A DNA stretch of 64,000 nt. Origin: a virus. Positions 29,303-39,560 of the stretch are shown one piece after another. Location of the stretch: IMG/VR virus record IMGVR_UViG_3300025018_000105. The stretch is one strand, 5' to 3'. Within the stretch, counting starts at the first letter, position 1. Each line of letters opens with the position of its first letter. The position numbers and the translations under genes were made by a program. Below the pieces are notes generated by a model, which made no database searches, was not told the DNA's origin, and saw only the letters and a list, made by a program, of their open reading frames with translations.

Positions 29303-32300
29303 TCAAAGGAGGTCGTATTCGTCTTCTGCAACACGCTTGAGTGTGGCTACCATGCCCGGCTCCAGAACGAGACCGCCGCTGGTCGGGACATTAATGGTCA
29401 CACCCGAGCCAGTCAAGATAGTAAGATTACCGCTTGCGGCCCGGTTGGCAATCGTAAACTCCGCGTCTTGAGAGATCGCTTCGGTCGCGTTCGGCTGCAC
29501 CGTCAAGGTCTTCGCCCCTGTTGCAGTCCAGCGCTGGTAGAAGCCAGCGTTGTTGCTCGACAGATTGGCGCTGGTTCCGGTTTCGGTGATTGTCGATCCC
29601 AGAACGGGCGCGCTCTCGTTGAAAAACTGCCACGAAATATGTGATAATTTTTCGTTCGGTGGGTTGGGGTTTGCAGCTTGGATGATCTGCCCACTGCCTT
29701 GGACTTGGCCGTATACTTCGAAGTAATGCCCTTCGCTGACCGGAACAGTCCCAAGCGTCCCACCCTTACCTCCCCAAACAGAAGTGGTGCCGTTGTAAAT
29801 GCGTCGAAGTGCATTACCAGCGCTGTCGAACTGAACAACCGTGTTGAAAACGTCATTCGCTGAAAATATACCGTGGTATAAGAAAAAATCGACTTGAGCA
29901 TGCGTTACGCCCGCAGGCACTACTACACGACTATTCAACGCGTCCCAAGCGCTCTCGGTATCGAATACCGTAACATTTGGTGCTGCTTTTGTTTGGGTAT
30001 TATTTCCGATCGATTGATTAGCGCTCCATTCCATACGTCCGCCCTTAAGGGCGTTCATGAGTGCAGGTGCTACATTTTTACGCCTAAGGACTGTGACACG
30101 CACATATTCGAAGTTGTCAGAGGACGGGTCAACTGCGCTAGGCGAAACAGGGACGCCCGTAATATCAACATGAGTAGTGGCACGGCCTTGTCCCGAGCGT
30201 CGATCAATCCCAAAAATCCCAATAGTGTCGTTCGCTGAATCGTTAAAACGACATTGGACCAGAACTTCATAGTTCGTATCCGAAAAGGCCGTAGTGAAAT
30301 TGATACGATAACGTCCGGTATCTGTTCGCACGACGCTGGCGACGTTGATGCTTCGATCCAACGAAGGGGTGGCTGGCGTGCTAAACTCCGCCATAGCGGC
30401 CACATACAAGACATCTCCGGCGGCTGCCCCAATACCACCAGATGCCTCAACATCTCCCGGAACCCACACGCTGTTAACGTTGTCCCAGAGCAGGGCTTGG
30501 CCATCGGTTGGTGGTGTGGTTGAAGTGTCTACGTCGGTCAGCCCGTTGATTGCACTGGCCCCACTCGCGCCCGAGACTTGGGCGAAGGTGAGAGCCGTCG
30601 TATCAACAGTAATTGGTGCGTCAGTCGTGCAGTTCCAGAATGTATCTTCGTTAATCGTTCCTTCACTGACAAACAGAGCGTAGTTGATGAGTTCGTCTTC
30701 GCTGTCAGCATCCTCGGAACGAATCGCCGCGCCGGTAGCCTGCACGACATAGACACCATTTTCAGCCGGGGCTGTCTGATCTTTGATGAGCACGCGGTCG
30801 CCGGTGACAAGCGTAACTCCATCGAGCGTGTCCCCATTCTCCAGTTCAGTCGCAATGTCTACATTTGCCGTGGACGCAGCGCGGGCGCGGAAGGTCGCAG
30901 AGTTCGTAGGGAGATCAACAAACTCAAGACCATCTTCGGCATTCTTTACGACGACATAACGTCCGGCCTGTCCGGTATAGGCATTCGGGGTGTCATCGAG
31001 ATCATCAAACCCACTTACGGGAGCGGCCCCCGACCCGACTGTGACACCCATCAGGTCGAACGAATCGGTAGCCACTCGCTTAAGCGTGGCCGTGCCACCC
31101 GTGGGAATTGAAAGCGAACCACTCGGAGGCGGCGTGATCGTTACGCCGGTCGCCGGGACGACAGTCAGATTGTTTCCGCCCTCATTGTGAAGATGGAACT
31201 CAGCGTCCGTGTCGATCGCGTGATTCGCATCAGTCCGGACATTCAGAGTTTTGACGTTTCCGCTCGTGAAGCGGATATACTGGGTGTTCTGTGTGTTAGC
31301 GAGATCGGAAGTTTCTGTCGATACGACGACACTCTCGGTAACAACCGAAGCCGGATCGGCCGGTTCCCACACGCTGTCCACATCATTCCAGACAAGAATC
31401 TGTCCAGCGGCGGGGGCCGCCGTAGTCGTGTCAACGTCGGTAAGATCGCCAATCCCTGCAACCGGTGTTCCGGGCTCCCAGCGGCTCGTGTTGTCATTCC
31501 AGACAAGAGTCTGTCCGGCTGTGGGCGGATTTGTGGTGGTGTCCGTATCCGTCAGGGTGGCAATCGACGGAGTGGCACCTGCCACCTCAGCCCATGACAA
31601 AACAGTTGTATCAACCGTGATCGGGGCATCAGTGGTGCATTGAAAGAACTTGTCAGCGTTGACCGCGCCCTCGGCAATGAAGACCGCGTAGCTGATAAGC
31701 TTATCTTGCTCGTCGGCATCTTCGGCACGCACGGCAGCGCCCGAAGCCTGAACGACGTAGATGCCGTTTTCTTCACCAGTTGTTTGGTCCTTGAGAAGCA
31801 CGCGATCGCCAGTGGCCAGCGTCACGCCATCCAGCGCGTCGCCATTTTCAAGCTCGGACGCGAGGACCACGTTCGCTGTGGACGCGGCGCGAGCCTTGAA
31901 CACAGCGCCGGTGGCTTCGGGGTTACGTGGAACCCATTCGCCAGCGTTGTTGTCCCATGCAAGCACCTGTCCTTCGCTTGGAGGTGACGAGGTGGTGTTG
32001 ACATCGGTAAGGTCGTTGATGCTTTGGGCAACGTCGCCCGGTTCCCACAGGCTATCCACAGCATTCCAGATAAGCGTCTGGCCTGCCATGGGAGGGGTGG
32101 CAGCGGTATCAACGTCCGAATGGTCGTTGATTACCGATTGAACCCATGCAGCGCTCTTGCGGACAAACGCCGTGCCGTTGTTTGGCGCTTCCGGAATCGA
32201 AGTGAGCGGTTGGCCGTTGATCTTGAAAGCTTGGCTTGCAACCGGGCCCCACACGGTGGTGGTGCGGGCACCTGCATTGACCCACGAAGCCCCATTCCAA

Positions 32301-33364
32301 TATTCGATTGTGAAGCCAAGAGGCGTAAAGTCCGGGAAATTATTGACCGGGAAAAGGCGCACGGTTCGCGGCGTGACCGGAGTGCCAAAGTCATACTCGA
32401 TCCAGATCGCACCGACGAACGTGTCCTCGGTCAGCCACCCGTTGCCGGGATTAGTGCTGCCGTCAAACGCGAAGCTTGCCTCATTTCCCGTCTCTTCATT
32501 CGACGCCGAGGCGGTGCCCGATCCCACGAGATTGGTGCCGTCCACATCGAGCCACTGAATCTCGCCGAAACCGACTTGAGGGTCCGACCCCGGTGTGTCA
32601 ATGCTCAAGCGCCAGCGTTGGGCGGCAACAAATTCGACCGCTTCCAGATCGGGGAGGTCGATGAACTCGACACCATTCTCCGCGCCGTTGACAACGACGT
32701 AGCGGCCGCCCTGTCCAGTATAGTCGCTTGGTGCATCAGCGAGGCCAAGGAAAGTGGTGACAATGTTAAGGTCAACCCACTCGACGCCATCCTCGCCGCT
32801 GTTGACAACTAGATACTTACCTGCGTTGTCGGTGTAGGCCGGGAACACAGCAGCATCCACGAACTCAAGAGCGTTCTCGGCTAGGTTGGCAGAAAGAAAA
32901 CGACCGGCTTGACCGGTGAGTGTGCCCGGCGTATCATTGAGCGAAACGAAGCTGACGGTCGATTGCGGCTCCGCCGCGACGATAACATCGGTGCCTTCCA
33001 TGGCCGCCAGAAGGCGCGTTTCGTTGTTCGGGATGTCAACGGTCACGCCCGGAGCGCCGTTAAACTGAACTTTCAGCACTTCACCACTGATGTTGCGAAC
33101 TGCAATGATGCGGCTAACCGGGTTCGTGTTGATCGTGGTGGGAAGTTCGAGAGTGGACGAGGCGGTAGCGCCTGTAGCTTCGAAAATGAAAGCCGAAACA
33201 AGCTGGCTGTTGCTGAGAAGCACAGTTGTAGCCGCCGAGAAGTCAACCACCAACTTGGCGTTGGTTGCGTTCTCAAGCGCCCCGATCGCATCGTTGATCG
33301 TGACTTCTTTGTTGTTCTGGCTTGGGGTGACCTGTGTGATCCCAAGGAGGGGAGTAGTTGCCAT
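29303..33364 (-). CDS. modular tail fibre (DUF2793-like N-terminus, discoidin-like module, internal repeats)
   Basis: SQNNKEVTINDA; duplicated RAASTANV...GDRVL.KDQ...ENG.Y module; several L.DVDT..PP..GQ.L.WN repeats. Confidence 0.85.
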   Translation of the reverse strand: MATTPLLGITQVTPSQNNKEVTINDAIGALENATNAKLVVDFSAATTVLLSNSQLVSAFIFEATGATASSTLELPTTINTNPVSRIIAVRNISGEVLKVQFNGAPGVTVDIPNNETRLLAAMEGTDVIVAAEPQSTVSFVSLNDTPGTLTGQAGRFLSANLAENALEFVDAAVFPAYTDNAGKYLVVNSGEDGVEWVDLNIVTTFLGLADAPSDYTGQGGRYVVVNGAENGVEFIDLPDLEAVEFVAAQRWRLSIDTPGSDPQVGFGEIQWLDVDGTNLVGSGTASASNEETGNEASFAFDGSTNPGNGWLTEDTFVGAIWIEYDFGTPVTPRTVRLFPVNNFPDFTPLGFTIEYWNGASWVNAGARTTTVWGPVASQAFKINGQPLTSIPEAPNNGTAFVRKSAAWVQSVINDHSDVDTAATPPMAGQTLIWNAVDSLWEPGDVAQSINDLTDVNTTSSPPSEGQVLAWDNNAGEWVPRNPEATGAVFKARAASTANVVLASELENGDALDGVTLATGDRVLLKDQTTGEENGIYVVQASGAAVRAEDADEQDKLISYAVFIAEGAVNADKFFQCTTDAPITVDTTVLSWAEVAGATPSIATLTDTDTTTNPPTAGQTLVWNDNTSRWEPGTPVAGIGDLTDVDTTTAAPAAGQILVWNDVDSVWEPADPASVVTESVVVSTETSDLANTQNTQYIRFTSGNVKTLNVRTDANHAIDTDAEFHLHNEGGNNLTVVPATGVTITPPPSGSLSIPTGGTATLKRVATDSFDLMGVTVGSGAAPVSGFDDLDDTPNAYTGQAGRYVVVKNAEDGLEFVDLPTNSATFRARAASTANVDIATELENGDTLDGVTLVTGDRVLIKDQTAPAENGVYVVQATGAAIRSEDADSEDELINYALFVSEGTINEDTFWNCTTDAPITVDTTALTFAQVSGASGASAINGLTDVDTSTTPPTDGQALLWDNVNSVWVPGDVEASGGIGAAAGDVLYVAAMAEFSTPATPSLDRSINVASVVRTDTGRYRINFTTAFSDTNYEVLVQCRFNDSANDTIGIFGIDRRSGQGRATTHVDITGVPVSPSAVDPSSDNFEYVRVTVLRRKNVAPALMNALKGGRMEWSANQSIGNNTQTKAAPNVTVFDTESAWDALNSRVVVPAGVTHAQVDFFLYHGIFSANDVFNTVVQFDSAGNALRRIYNGTTSVWGGKGGTLGTVPVSEGHYFEVYGQVQGSGQIIQAANPNPPNEKLSHISWQFFNESAPVLGSTITETGTSANLSSNNAGFYQRWTATGAKTLTVQPNATEAISQDAEFTIANRAASGNLTILTGSGVTINVPTSGGLVLEPGMVATLKRVAEDEYDLL

Positions 33365-33388
33365 TTAGGTCCTCTAAAGTTGACGCAC

Positions 33389-33417
33389 TGTATACTAAAA
33401 ATTGCGCTTCGTGTCAA
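33389..33417 (-). promoter_or_regulatory. tail-fibre promoter with GCGCAATTTTT in the spacer
   Basis: TTGACA-cgaagcgcaatttttag-TATACA, 17-nt spacer. Confidence 0.75.
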
Positions 33418-36400
33418 TACAATTCTGTGATGTTCCAGAGCCCGGTGCCAATACGGGTGGCTTCAAACCACTTGGGAATGCCTGTCACAGCACCTATCTC
33501 AGCCGCATAAACCAGAATGGTGTCTTCACCATCGAGATCAACCAGTGGGAAAGTGAACTCGTTGGGGAGGTCCGCTCCCGAAGAATCGAACAAGCTAAAC
33601 TCACCCGTGATGTCTGGTGTGAACGCAGCGATACCAGCAACATCACTGACCCCGCGCCCAGCCCATACTCGATAAGCGATCTTTGCGCTTGGCTTATCAC
33701 CTTCCCGATAATGAATCGTGCCAACACCATCGGTCAACGGAAACACTACACGCGAACGACGCTGCATTGAGACGGTGACCGTGGTATCATCGTCGGTAAC
33801 TGCCACATCTTCTGGAGAATAGGGCTGGAGGTCGCGTGGTGTGAGGTCGTATGTGCTAGTTTCAGCCTCATCAATCTTGGTTCCGGGCGGAACAGCCTTC
33901 AACTGAATTTGGAGGTTGTAGGCTTCGGGCGGCCGGGCCTGAATAAGGAAGGCATCCGGATCGAGGAGGATGAAGGTCTCGCCTTGAAAATGGTCGTTGA
34001 CAGCATCGTTAGTGCCGCGCCGTCCTCGCAGAAGGCCACGAAGCGTCCACGATCCATCAGCCTCTTGTGTCGCCTCCCGGAACTGAATGATCTCCCGACC
34101 AACAAGTGCGGCGTTCGTTTGAGTGTTCAGCATATCCTCTTGCGTGATCGACTCAAGCATGACAGCCGGGTTCAGGATACGGACGCGGAACTCGGTCGTG
34201 TTGTCTGTCGCCGCCCATGATGTCGTAGGTGGTAGCACAGTTTGGCAGAAACCAGTGACAAGACGATTGTTGATAATCCCGAGATTGGCAAAGTCGAAGC
34301 CGTCATTAATGAAGAGCGCCGCGCCTGAGAAATTGATGGCGTTGGAACCAACCGCCAGATATACCTGAGCGTTCTCGTTTGCATCGTAGTCAATATCCCG
34401 TAGTAAGGGTGTGTTGACCGCATAAGGCGCTGCCGGATAATTAAGCCCCAGTGTCGGGAGCGGAATATCCGAGAAATTTCCAGTCAGGTCCGACTGGTAG
34501 GTGGTTGCCTTTTCGCTCACGGCCTTAATATCGATTGCGAAATTGGCCCCGACCAACGACTCGGTAAAGCGCATCTGGTAGACAGTCCCACTTTCGAGAA
34601 CCACCGTGGCCACATCGCTAGGATCGTATTTCAGGTAGCGCCATGGGAGCGTGAAATCGAAAGCGGTGCGGTTTGCCCAGTGCATCTTGAGAAGCTTGTC
34701 GGCGCACTGCTTGGCTTGGTCTGGTGTCCAAACGATAGGTAGGTCGATAATGTCTTCCTTACGGGAGAGCATTGACGGAACTGGTCCTGAAATACGCTTT
34801 TGCGTCTGTGAGCCTTGTTGGTGATCACGCGAAATGTCGTAGAAGTTCACAGTCATTCGCATCGGCATGTCAAGCTCTTGCGTCACCGTCTCCTTGACGA
34901 CGAGATTGTCGCTGTCGCGTGCAATCCAATCCTCAGGGATAGTTACCTGCGAAGCGTCGCCCCGGCTGCGAAAACGAAGCTTGTAGTCGCTCTCGTATCC
35001 ATCGAACAGAAAGCCTGTTGCAAGCTGCCGCAGGACATCGCGGGCTGAGGTTTCGCGATCGATCAAGTAGCCCGTGATAAGATCGTCGTTAAGCCCGGAT
35101 ACATCGTAATCATCGATACCTAGCACACCTGTTCGATCACAAATATCTGCCACCACATCTGCGATGGTCAGATTGGCGACACCACCGCGAAAGACGATAC
35201 GAATGGCGCGGTTTTCAGTTTTCGTGAGCAAGCTCGCAGTCTCATCATCCCACTGGCTTCCTGAAAAAGCGGAAAATTGATTACCACCGAAGATACCATC
35301 AACGGCGACTTGATTGACAAACTCACCAGTTTGCAGATCGATTTCGAAGATGTGAGGGCGTGTGGCCACACTTGTCTTGTCAATAGCCCAGCCGAAAGTG
35401 CCGCCTGCGATGCGGGAATACTGCATACTATTCGAAGGTAGCTTAATATAACCCACTTCATCTTCGAAATAGATACGAGCAAACTTGTAGGTTCCAGTCG
35501 AGCGCTGGTATTTGAAAGCTGCCACTTCCGATCCCTGCGAACTCGTTACAGTGCCAAGAGTAAAGATGCAATCGTCTGTTTGGTCATACAGGCACACACG
35601 TGGACTGTAGGACCATGCTTCGTCGCGGAACTTTTCACTGGGAGTGCCGAACGCATTGAGGTTTAAGTAGCTTACGCTGTAATCTTCACCTGAGACCCAC
35701 TCAGGTCCGTTTGGTGTATCGCGAACGGAGAAGTTAATACCACCGCTGATATACCACTGTTGAATTTGAAGGCTGCCGCCTGATCCACGCCATCCGATAA
35801 TGTCGCTGTTACCGGTTCCACGTCGTCCCTCGACAAACGCTGAGGGCTCCCAGTCTACACGGAAGCCTCCTGCCATCGGCCACGCCGCTCCTTCACGAAG
35901 AATCCACACATAGCGAGTCCAAGTCACGGTCAGAAAGATATTCGAGCCCCCAGTGCGGCAGAATCCGATCTTTCCAAGGTTCCCCACCCCGTAAGATTCA
36001 CTTTCTCCAAAACCGCTGGCTTGGCTGTTGGCTGAATAACTGACAAATCCGGACGTGCTGTTCGACGTGATACCATAGGTGCCCGTCTTACTCATCGTGA
36101 AAATGTTGTGTTGTTGGATAGGTGCAGAGTTTTGCAGACTTTCGGTTGACAGGAAGATTCCAGTTCCTTGTAGATACTTTCTGCGACGCGAACTATTCCA
36201 CATCCAGTCGAGACTTGCGTTTGCGTTGATTTCCGTCATGGTTTCCAAATCAAACAGAAAAGCGCCATTGGTATCAGCCATGAACACAACGCCCAAATCC
36301 CAGTCCGGAAACCAGCTTCCACCGTTCCCATTCGAATGAAGGTCTTCACCATTCGGCTCTTTGGCTTCTACGTTCGGGAAGTTGCGGTTTGGGTTTCGAG

Positions 36401-37064
36401 TCACCTCAAAGGTTAGTTGAGGAATCCGATTGCCGTAATTTTCCAATTGCATGTTCTCAAACACACAATATGCCAGACCACGGTGGGCCGATACATTTCC
36501 CGCTCCTTTATCAGCCTCGATAAGGGAATCCGGAAGTTGATTTTCGTCGCCGAGATAGATACGGAGCCCGTAGCTCTCATCTTTGCGACGCCCTGTGGTT
36601 ACGGCAGAGACCGTTACCGCGACACGCGATCCTGCCGTTCCGGGAGCACCCGGCGTCCGGGTTGATCCCGAGGTTGTGTCATAAATGAGTTTGCCATCAG
36701 CCCAGATGCGAAGAATGCTATCGATTGGTCCCTTACACATTCCCATCGCGAAGCTGGCATCATACGAATATGTGGTCTGCTTAGGTCCGCCCTTACCGGC
36801 TCTGGTGGTCTCCTTAGTTTCGCGGATGCCTGTTGTCCAGAGCATGTTGCCGCCGATACGAACGGTTCCATAAATCTCTGGGATAGGCTTACCGTATGTG
36901 GAAGCAGAAACCTTAAGATCGTTGAGGCGCGGTCCTTGTGTGGTAGGCCCGAACAAGGACTGACCCACCATTCCACCAAGCGTCATGCCGATAGATGCAC
37001 CAAGTGGTCCACCTACAAGGAAACCTGCGACGCCGCCGACTACTGTTGTTACGAGTTGACCCAT
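33414..37064 (-). CDS. GTA-like tail tip/central fibre (host specificity) protein
   Basis: GPRLNDLKV..STYG.PIP..YGTVRIGGN..W, AHRGLAYCVF...L..YGNRIP.L.FEV, L.GLLRGRRGT. Confidence 0.9.
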   Translation of the reverse strand: MGQLVTTVVGGVAGFLVGGPLGASIGMTLGGMVGQSLFGPTTQGPRLNDLKVSASTYGKPIPEIYGTVRIGGNMLWTTGIRETKETTRAGKGGPKQTTYSYDASFAMGMCKGPIDSILRIWADGKLIYDTTSGSTRTPGAPGTAGSRVAVTVSAVTTGRRKDESYGLRIYLGDENQLPDSLIEADKGAGNVSAHRGLAYCVFENMQLENYGNRIPQLTFEVTRNPNRNFPNVEAKEPNGEDLHSNGNGGSWFPDWDLGVVFMADTNGAFLFDLETMTEINANASLDWMWNSSRRRKYLQGTGIFLSTESLQNSAPIQQHNIFTMSKTGTYGITSNSTSGFVSYSANSQASGFGESESYGVGNLGKIGFCRTGGSNIFLTVTWTRYVWILREGAAWPMAGGFRVDWEPSAFVEGRRGTGNSDIIGWRGSGGSLQIQQWYISGGINFSVRDTPNGPEWVSGEDYSVSYLNLNAFGTPSEKFRDEAWSYSPRVCLYDQTDDCIFTLGTVTSSQGSEVAAFKYQRSTGTYKFARIYFEDEVGYIKLPSNSMQYSRIAGGTFGWAIDKTSVATRPHIFEIDLQTGEFVNQVAVDGIFGGNQFSAFSGSQWDDETASLLTKTENRAIRIVFRGGVANLTIADVVADICDRTGVLGIDDYDVSGLNDDLITGYLIDRETSARDVLRQLATGFLFDGYESDYKLRFRSRGDASQVTIPEDWIARDSDNLVVKETVTQELDMPMRMTVNFYDISRDHQQGSQTQKRISGPVPSMLSRKEDIIDLPIVWTPDQAKQCADKLLKMHWANRTAFDFTLPWRYLKYDPSDVATVVLESGTVYQMRFTESLVGANFAIDIKAVSEKATTYQSDLTGNFSDIPLPTLGLNYPAAPYAVNTPLLRDIDYDANENAQVYLAVGSNAINFSGAALFINDGFDFANLGIINNRLVTGFCQTVLPPTTSWAATDNTTEFRVRILNPAVMLESITQEDMLNTQTNAALVGREIIQFREATQEADGSWTLRGLLRGRRGTNDAVNDHFQGETFILLDPDAFLIQARPPEAYNLQIQLKAVPPGTKIDEAETSTYDLTPRDLQPYSPEDVAVTDDDTTVTVSMQRRSRVVFPLTDGVGTIHYREGDKPSAKIAYRVWAGRGVSDVAGIAAFTPDITGEFSLFDSSGADLPNEFTFPLVDLDGEDTILVYAAEIGAVTGIPKWFEATRIGTGLWNITELY

Positions 37065-37480
37065 TAAACGAGGTCCTTGATCGAGCGAATTGCGAAAAGA
37101 CGACGTGGCCAGTCGTGGATAAAAGGCTCTTCCATGACAATACCTGTCCCAGCGTAGGCGTGGATTAATGTAGTCACACCATTCTTCTCTGCGAAGATGC
37201 CTGCATGACACGGCTGGGTTCCATCACGAAATACGCCAAAGTGTCCCGGCACGGTTTCTGTCTCGGGGTTCGAATTAGCAAAGATGTGGCCAATGAACTT
37301 TTGAGGGTCCGGAGTTCGGCGATAGCCGGGCATATCAGGGATTTCGAGGCCAAGGTCCCGAGCGGCCACGAGAATGAGTCCTACACAGTCAAGACCGTTA
37401 CGAGAACGGCCTTGGTGGACCCAACGGACACCAAGCCAGTTGCGAGCCGAGTTAACATAGTCCTGCTTGCTAGGTTGCAT
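37064..37480 (-). CDS. NlpC/P60 tail-associated peptidase
   Basis: WVHQGR..GLDCVGL (Cys) and CHAGI (His). Confidence 0.9.
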   Translation of the reverse strand: MQPSKQDYVNSARNWLGVRWVHQGRSRNGLDCVGLILVAARDLGLEIPDMPGYRRTPDPQKFIGHIFANSNPETETVPGHFGVFRDGTQPCHAGIFAEKNGVTTLIHAYAGTGIVMEEPFIHDWPRRLFAIRSIKDLV

Positions 37481-38861
37481 CTGGATACCGCATAAATTCA
37501 TCGTTACCGGGGATGTAGTCTTCCGCACGGCGGTTCGCTACATTGTCATAAAGCTTACAGGAGGCGAGTGATCGGTCGCATCCCTGCGCGATGTCGAAAA
37601 GATCACCGGGCTCGATAGTGTAGGACATACCCTCGAAAAGATCGATGGTGTTGGTCTCATCGTCGTAGCCAATAATTTCCACGACCCGACCGGCATTCTT
37701 TCCCGAAAACCAAGTGATCGTGCCACCCACGTAGGTCGAAGCGCCTGTAAAAGGCACTGGGAGGTCTTGCGGTGTCTCAGCGATATTAATCGGACCCTGC
37801 CCGCTTGATCCAAAAGCAAACACGGCTGATTGACCATCAGTGGTGAAATTGAATGCGAAACTGGCGACGGTATTCCAAACCGACCCATTGACAGGTTCGG
37901 TGTCGAGCCACTGAATGTCGAAGGATGACGGGGCCAGTCCGGCTTCTCCCGCGATTACCTCAATCTGGGCAATATCGATCGCGGACCCAAAATCAATCCA
38001 CCAACGAACGTCAGCAATGTCGATGTCCTCATCATCTTCACTTTCGTTATTCCACGCGGAGTTGAAACCCCAAGTGGTGTGGTATTTCCCATCCCGAAGA
38101 CGGCGAGGGCTGTCTGAGTTTAGTCCATCAGGAATGTTATCGAATGCCGTCCCGCCTTGAATGAGGTTACCATCTTGGTCGCGAAACCGGAGTTGCGCAA
38201 GAGCGAACCACGTGCCATTCGGGATGCCGTCCGGCCTGAACGACCAATAACGGTGAGCCCCTTCGCTTGTGCCAACTGTGGGTGCGTCTGGGATGTCCGA
38301 CGCTGTGAACTGCGATCGTCCATCACTGGTGGTCGTTACAGTGCCGCGTCGCGTGTAATCCGCGATGTCTAGCTTGCAGCGGTCATCACAAAAGTCCGCC
38401 CGACACTCGGCCGAGTAAACTTCGATCCAGTTGTGGGTCAGCGCTTGAGCGAGGCCCCGAATTTCCGTAACAAACGTGCCATTATCGAGAAGAGTGACTT
38501 CACCAAACCACCCACGACGAACACGCAAGGCTCCAGTGTCCGGAGCTTGCCAGTTGACGATAAAGACATACACGTCGGCCCGATTGAACAGCCCGGCGCG
38601 GAGTTCTTCATCCCTGATCTTTTCGGAGTCCAAAATGCCAGACACATCGAGGTTAGACACACCAAAGTCCGAAGTCGATTGAACGGCCGTGCGATCGTAG
38701 CTGGCTTCGGCTTCATATAGATTTCCTTCGAAGAGGATGTCCTGATCATGGTCTGTGAAATAAAACTCTTGTCCATCCCGACGCACAATGCGCCAGCACG
38801 AAGCCAAGGTCGTAACCTCTTGATCGAGGTGATCCGAAAGAGCCTGACTGATCGTCTTCAT
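37470..38861 (-). CDS. DUF2163 GTA-like hub/baseplate protein with inserted carbohydrate-binding-like module
   Basis: CWRIVRRDG..FTDHD, CRADFCD..C, GCDRS...C...NVAN.RAE..IPG. Confidence 0.88.
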   Translation of the reverse strand: MKTISQALSDHLDQEVTTLASCWRIVRRDGQEFYFTDHDQDILFEGNLYEAEASYDRTAVQSTSDFGVSNLDVSGILDSEKIRDEELRAGLFNRADVYVFIVNWQAPDTGALRVRRGWFGEVTLLDNGTFVTEIRGLAQALTHNWIEVYSAECRADFCDDRCKLDIADYTRRGTVTTTSDGRSQFTASDIPDAPTVGTSEGAHRYWSFRPDGIPNGTWFALAQLRFRDQDGNLIQGGTAFDNIPDGLNSDSPRRLRDGKYHTTWGFNSAWNNESEDDEDIDIADVRWWIDFGSAIDIAQIEVIAGEAGLAPSSFDIQWLDTEPVNGSVWNTVASFAFNFTTDGQSAVFAFGSSGQGPINIAETPQDLPVPFTGASTYVGGTITWFSGKNAGRVVEIIGYDDETNTIDLFEGMSYTIEPGDLFDIAQGCDRSLASCKLYDNVANRRAEDYIPGNDEFMRYPDAT

Positions 38862-39493
38862 GAGCTACGCGGCTTGAGTTCCACAAGAGGGATGGACGGC
38901 CACGACATGAGTTCCCAGTCGTCGTGGGCGATCTTGATTTCGTCGGTAGCGAAACGCACCGGGACATCAAATTGGCAAGCGATCTCAAACACTGCACCAT
39001 CGTCATCGTTGCTGCGGTTGGTGATGACGCCGGTATTGGTATTAAGACGGGAACTGGTCTGATCGCCGCTAAGGAGGGTTCCATTGCGCCACAAAATTAC
39101 CGTTCCCGGCACGATCTTGAGAATCGGTCTATCGTATGCGTAAGCCGTCAGAGGTTCATATCGTTTGAAGACTTGCAACGTGGAGGTGTTGCCCGCATTG
39201 CCCATAGTCCCGATTGTCTGACGGGGCAGTTCAAAATCCATCCAGTCCTTGAACCGGAAACCATAGGCCTGCCCACGGCGAGCGTAGAAGAAATCGAGCA
39301 CCTGTTCCATCTGTTCGCGTTGCTTGATGCCGTATGAAGCATCATACATAGCGCGAGCCAAGGACCATTCGACGTTGCGCTGCTCATGTCCCGAAGCGAG
39401 TTCAAAGACATTGGTCTTGAAGCCGGGGCCGCCCGAGGAGCCATACGAGATGTCCTCGGGGAACCGCACTTCGTGAAATTGTGCGATGTCCAT
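38858..39493 (-). CDS. DUF2460 distal tail protein (GTA-like)
   Basis: FHEVRFP..IS.GS.GGP, FF.ARRG...GFRFKDW.D, FDVPVRF. Confidence 0.9.
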   Translation of the reverse strand: MDIAQFHEVRFPEDISYGSSGGPGFKTNVFELASGHEQRNVEWSLARAMYDASYGIKQREQMEQVLDFFYARRGQAYGFRFKDWMDFELPRQTIGTMGNAGNTSTLQVFKRYEPLTAYAYDRPILKIVPGTVILWRNGTLLSGDQTSSRLNTNTGVITNRSNDDDGAVFEIACQFDVPVRFATDEIKIAHDDWELMSWPSIPLVELKPRSS

Positions 39494-39520
39494 AACTAAC
39501 CTAATCTGAAATGAGACGAC

Positions 39521-39560
39521 TGGCTACAGAAGATTGCGCCCGGTGTCAAGCGAAAATTAC
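39521..39560 (-). promoter_or_regulatory. tail-tip promoter carrying both upstream and spacer elements
   Basis: gtaattttcgc-TTGACA-ccgggcgcaatcttctg-TAGCCA. Confidence 0.65.

Noticed and set aside
33414-37211. Longer start for the tail-tip gene, and similar over-extended starts at 25796, 27416, 48060, 49788 and 52315
   Set aside because: They overlap upstream genes or promoters; downstream starts with RBS or stop-start coupling fit better
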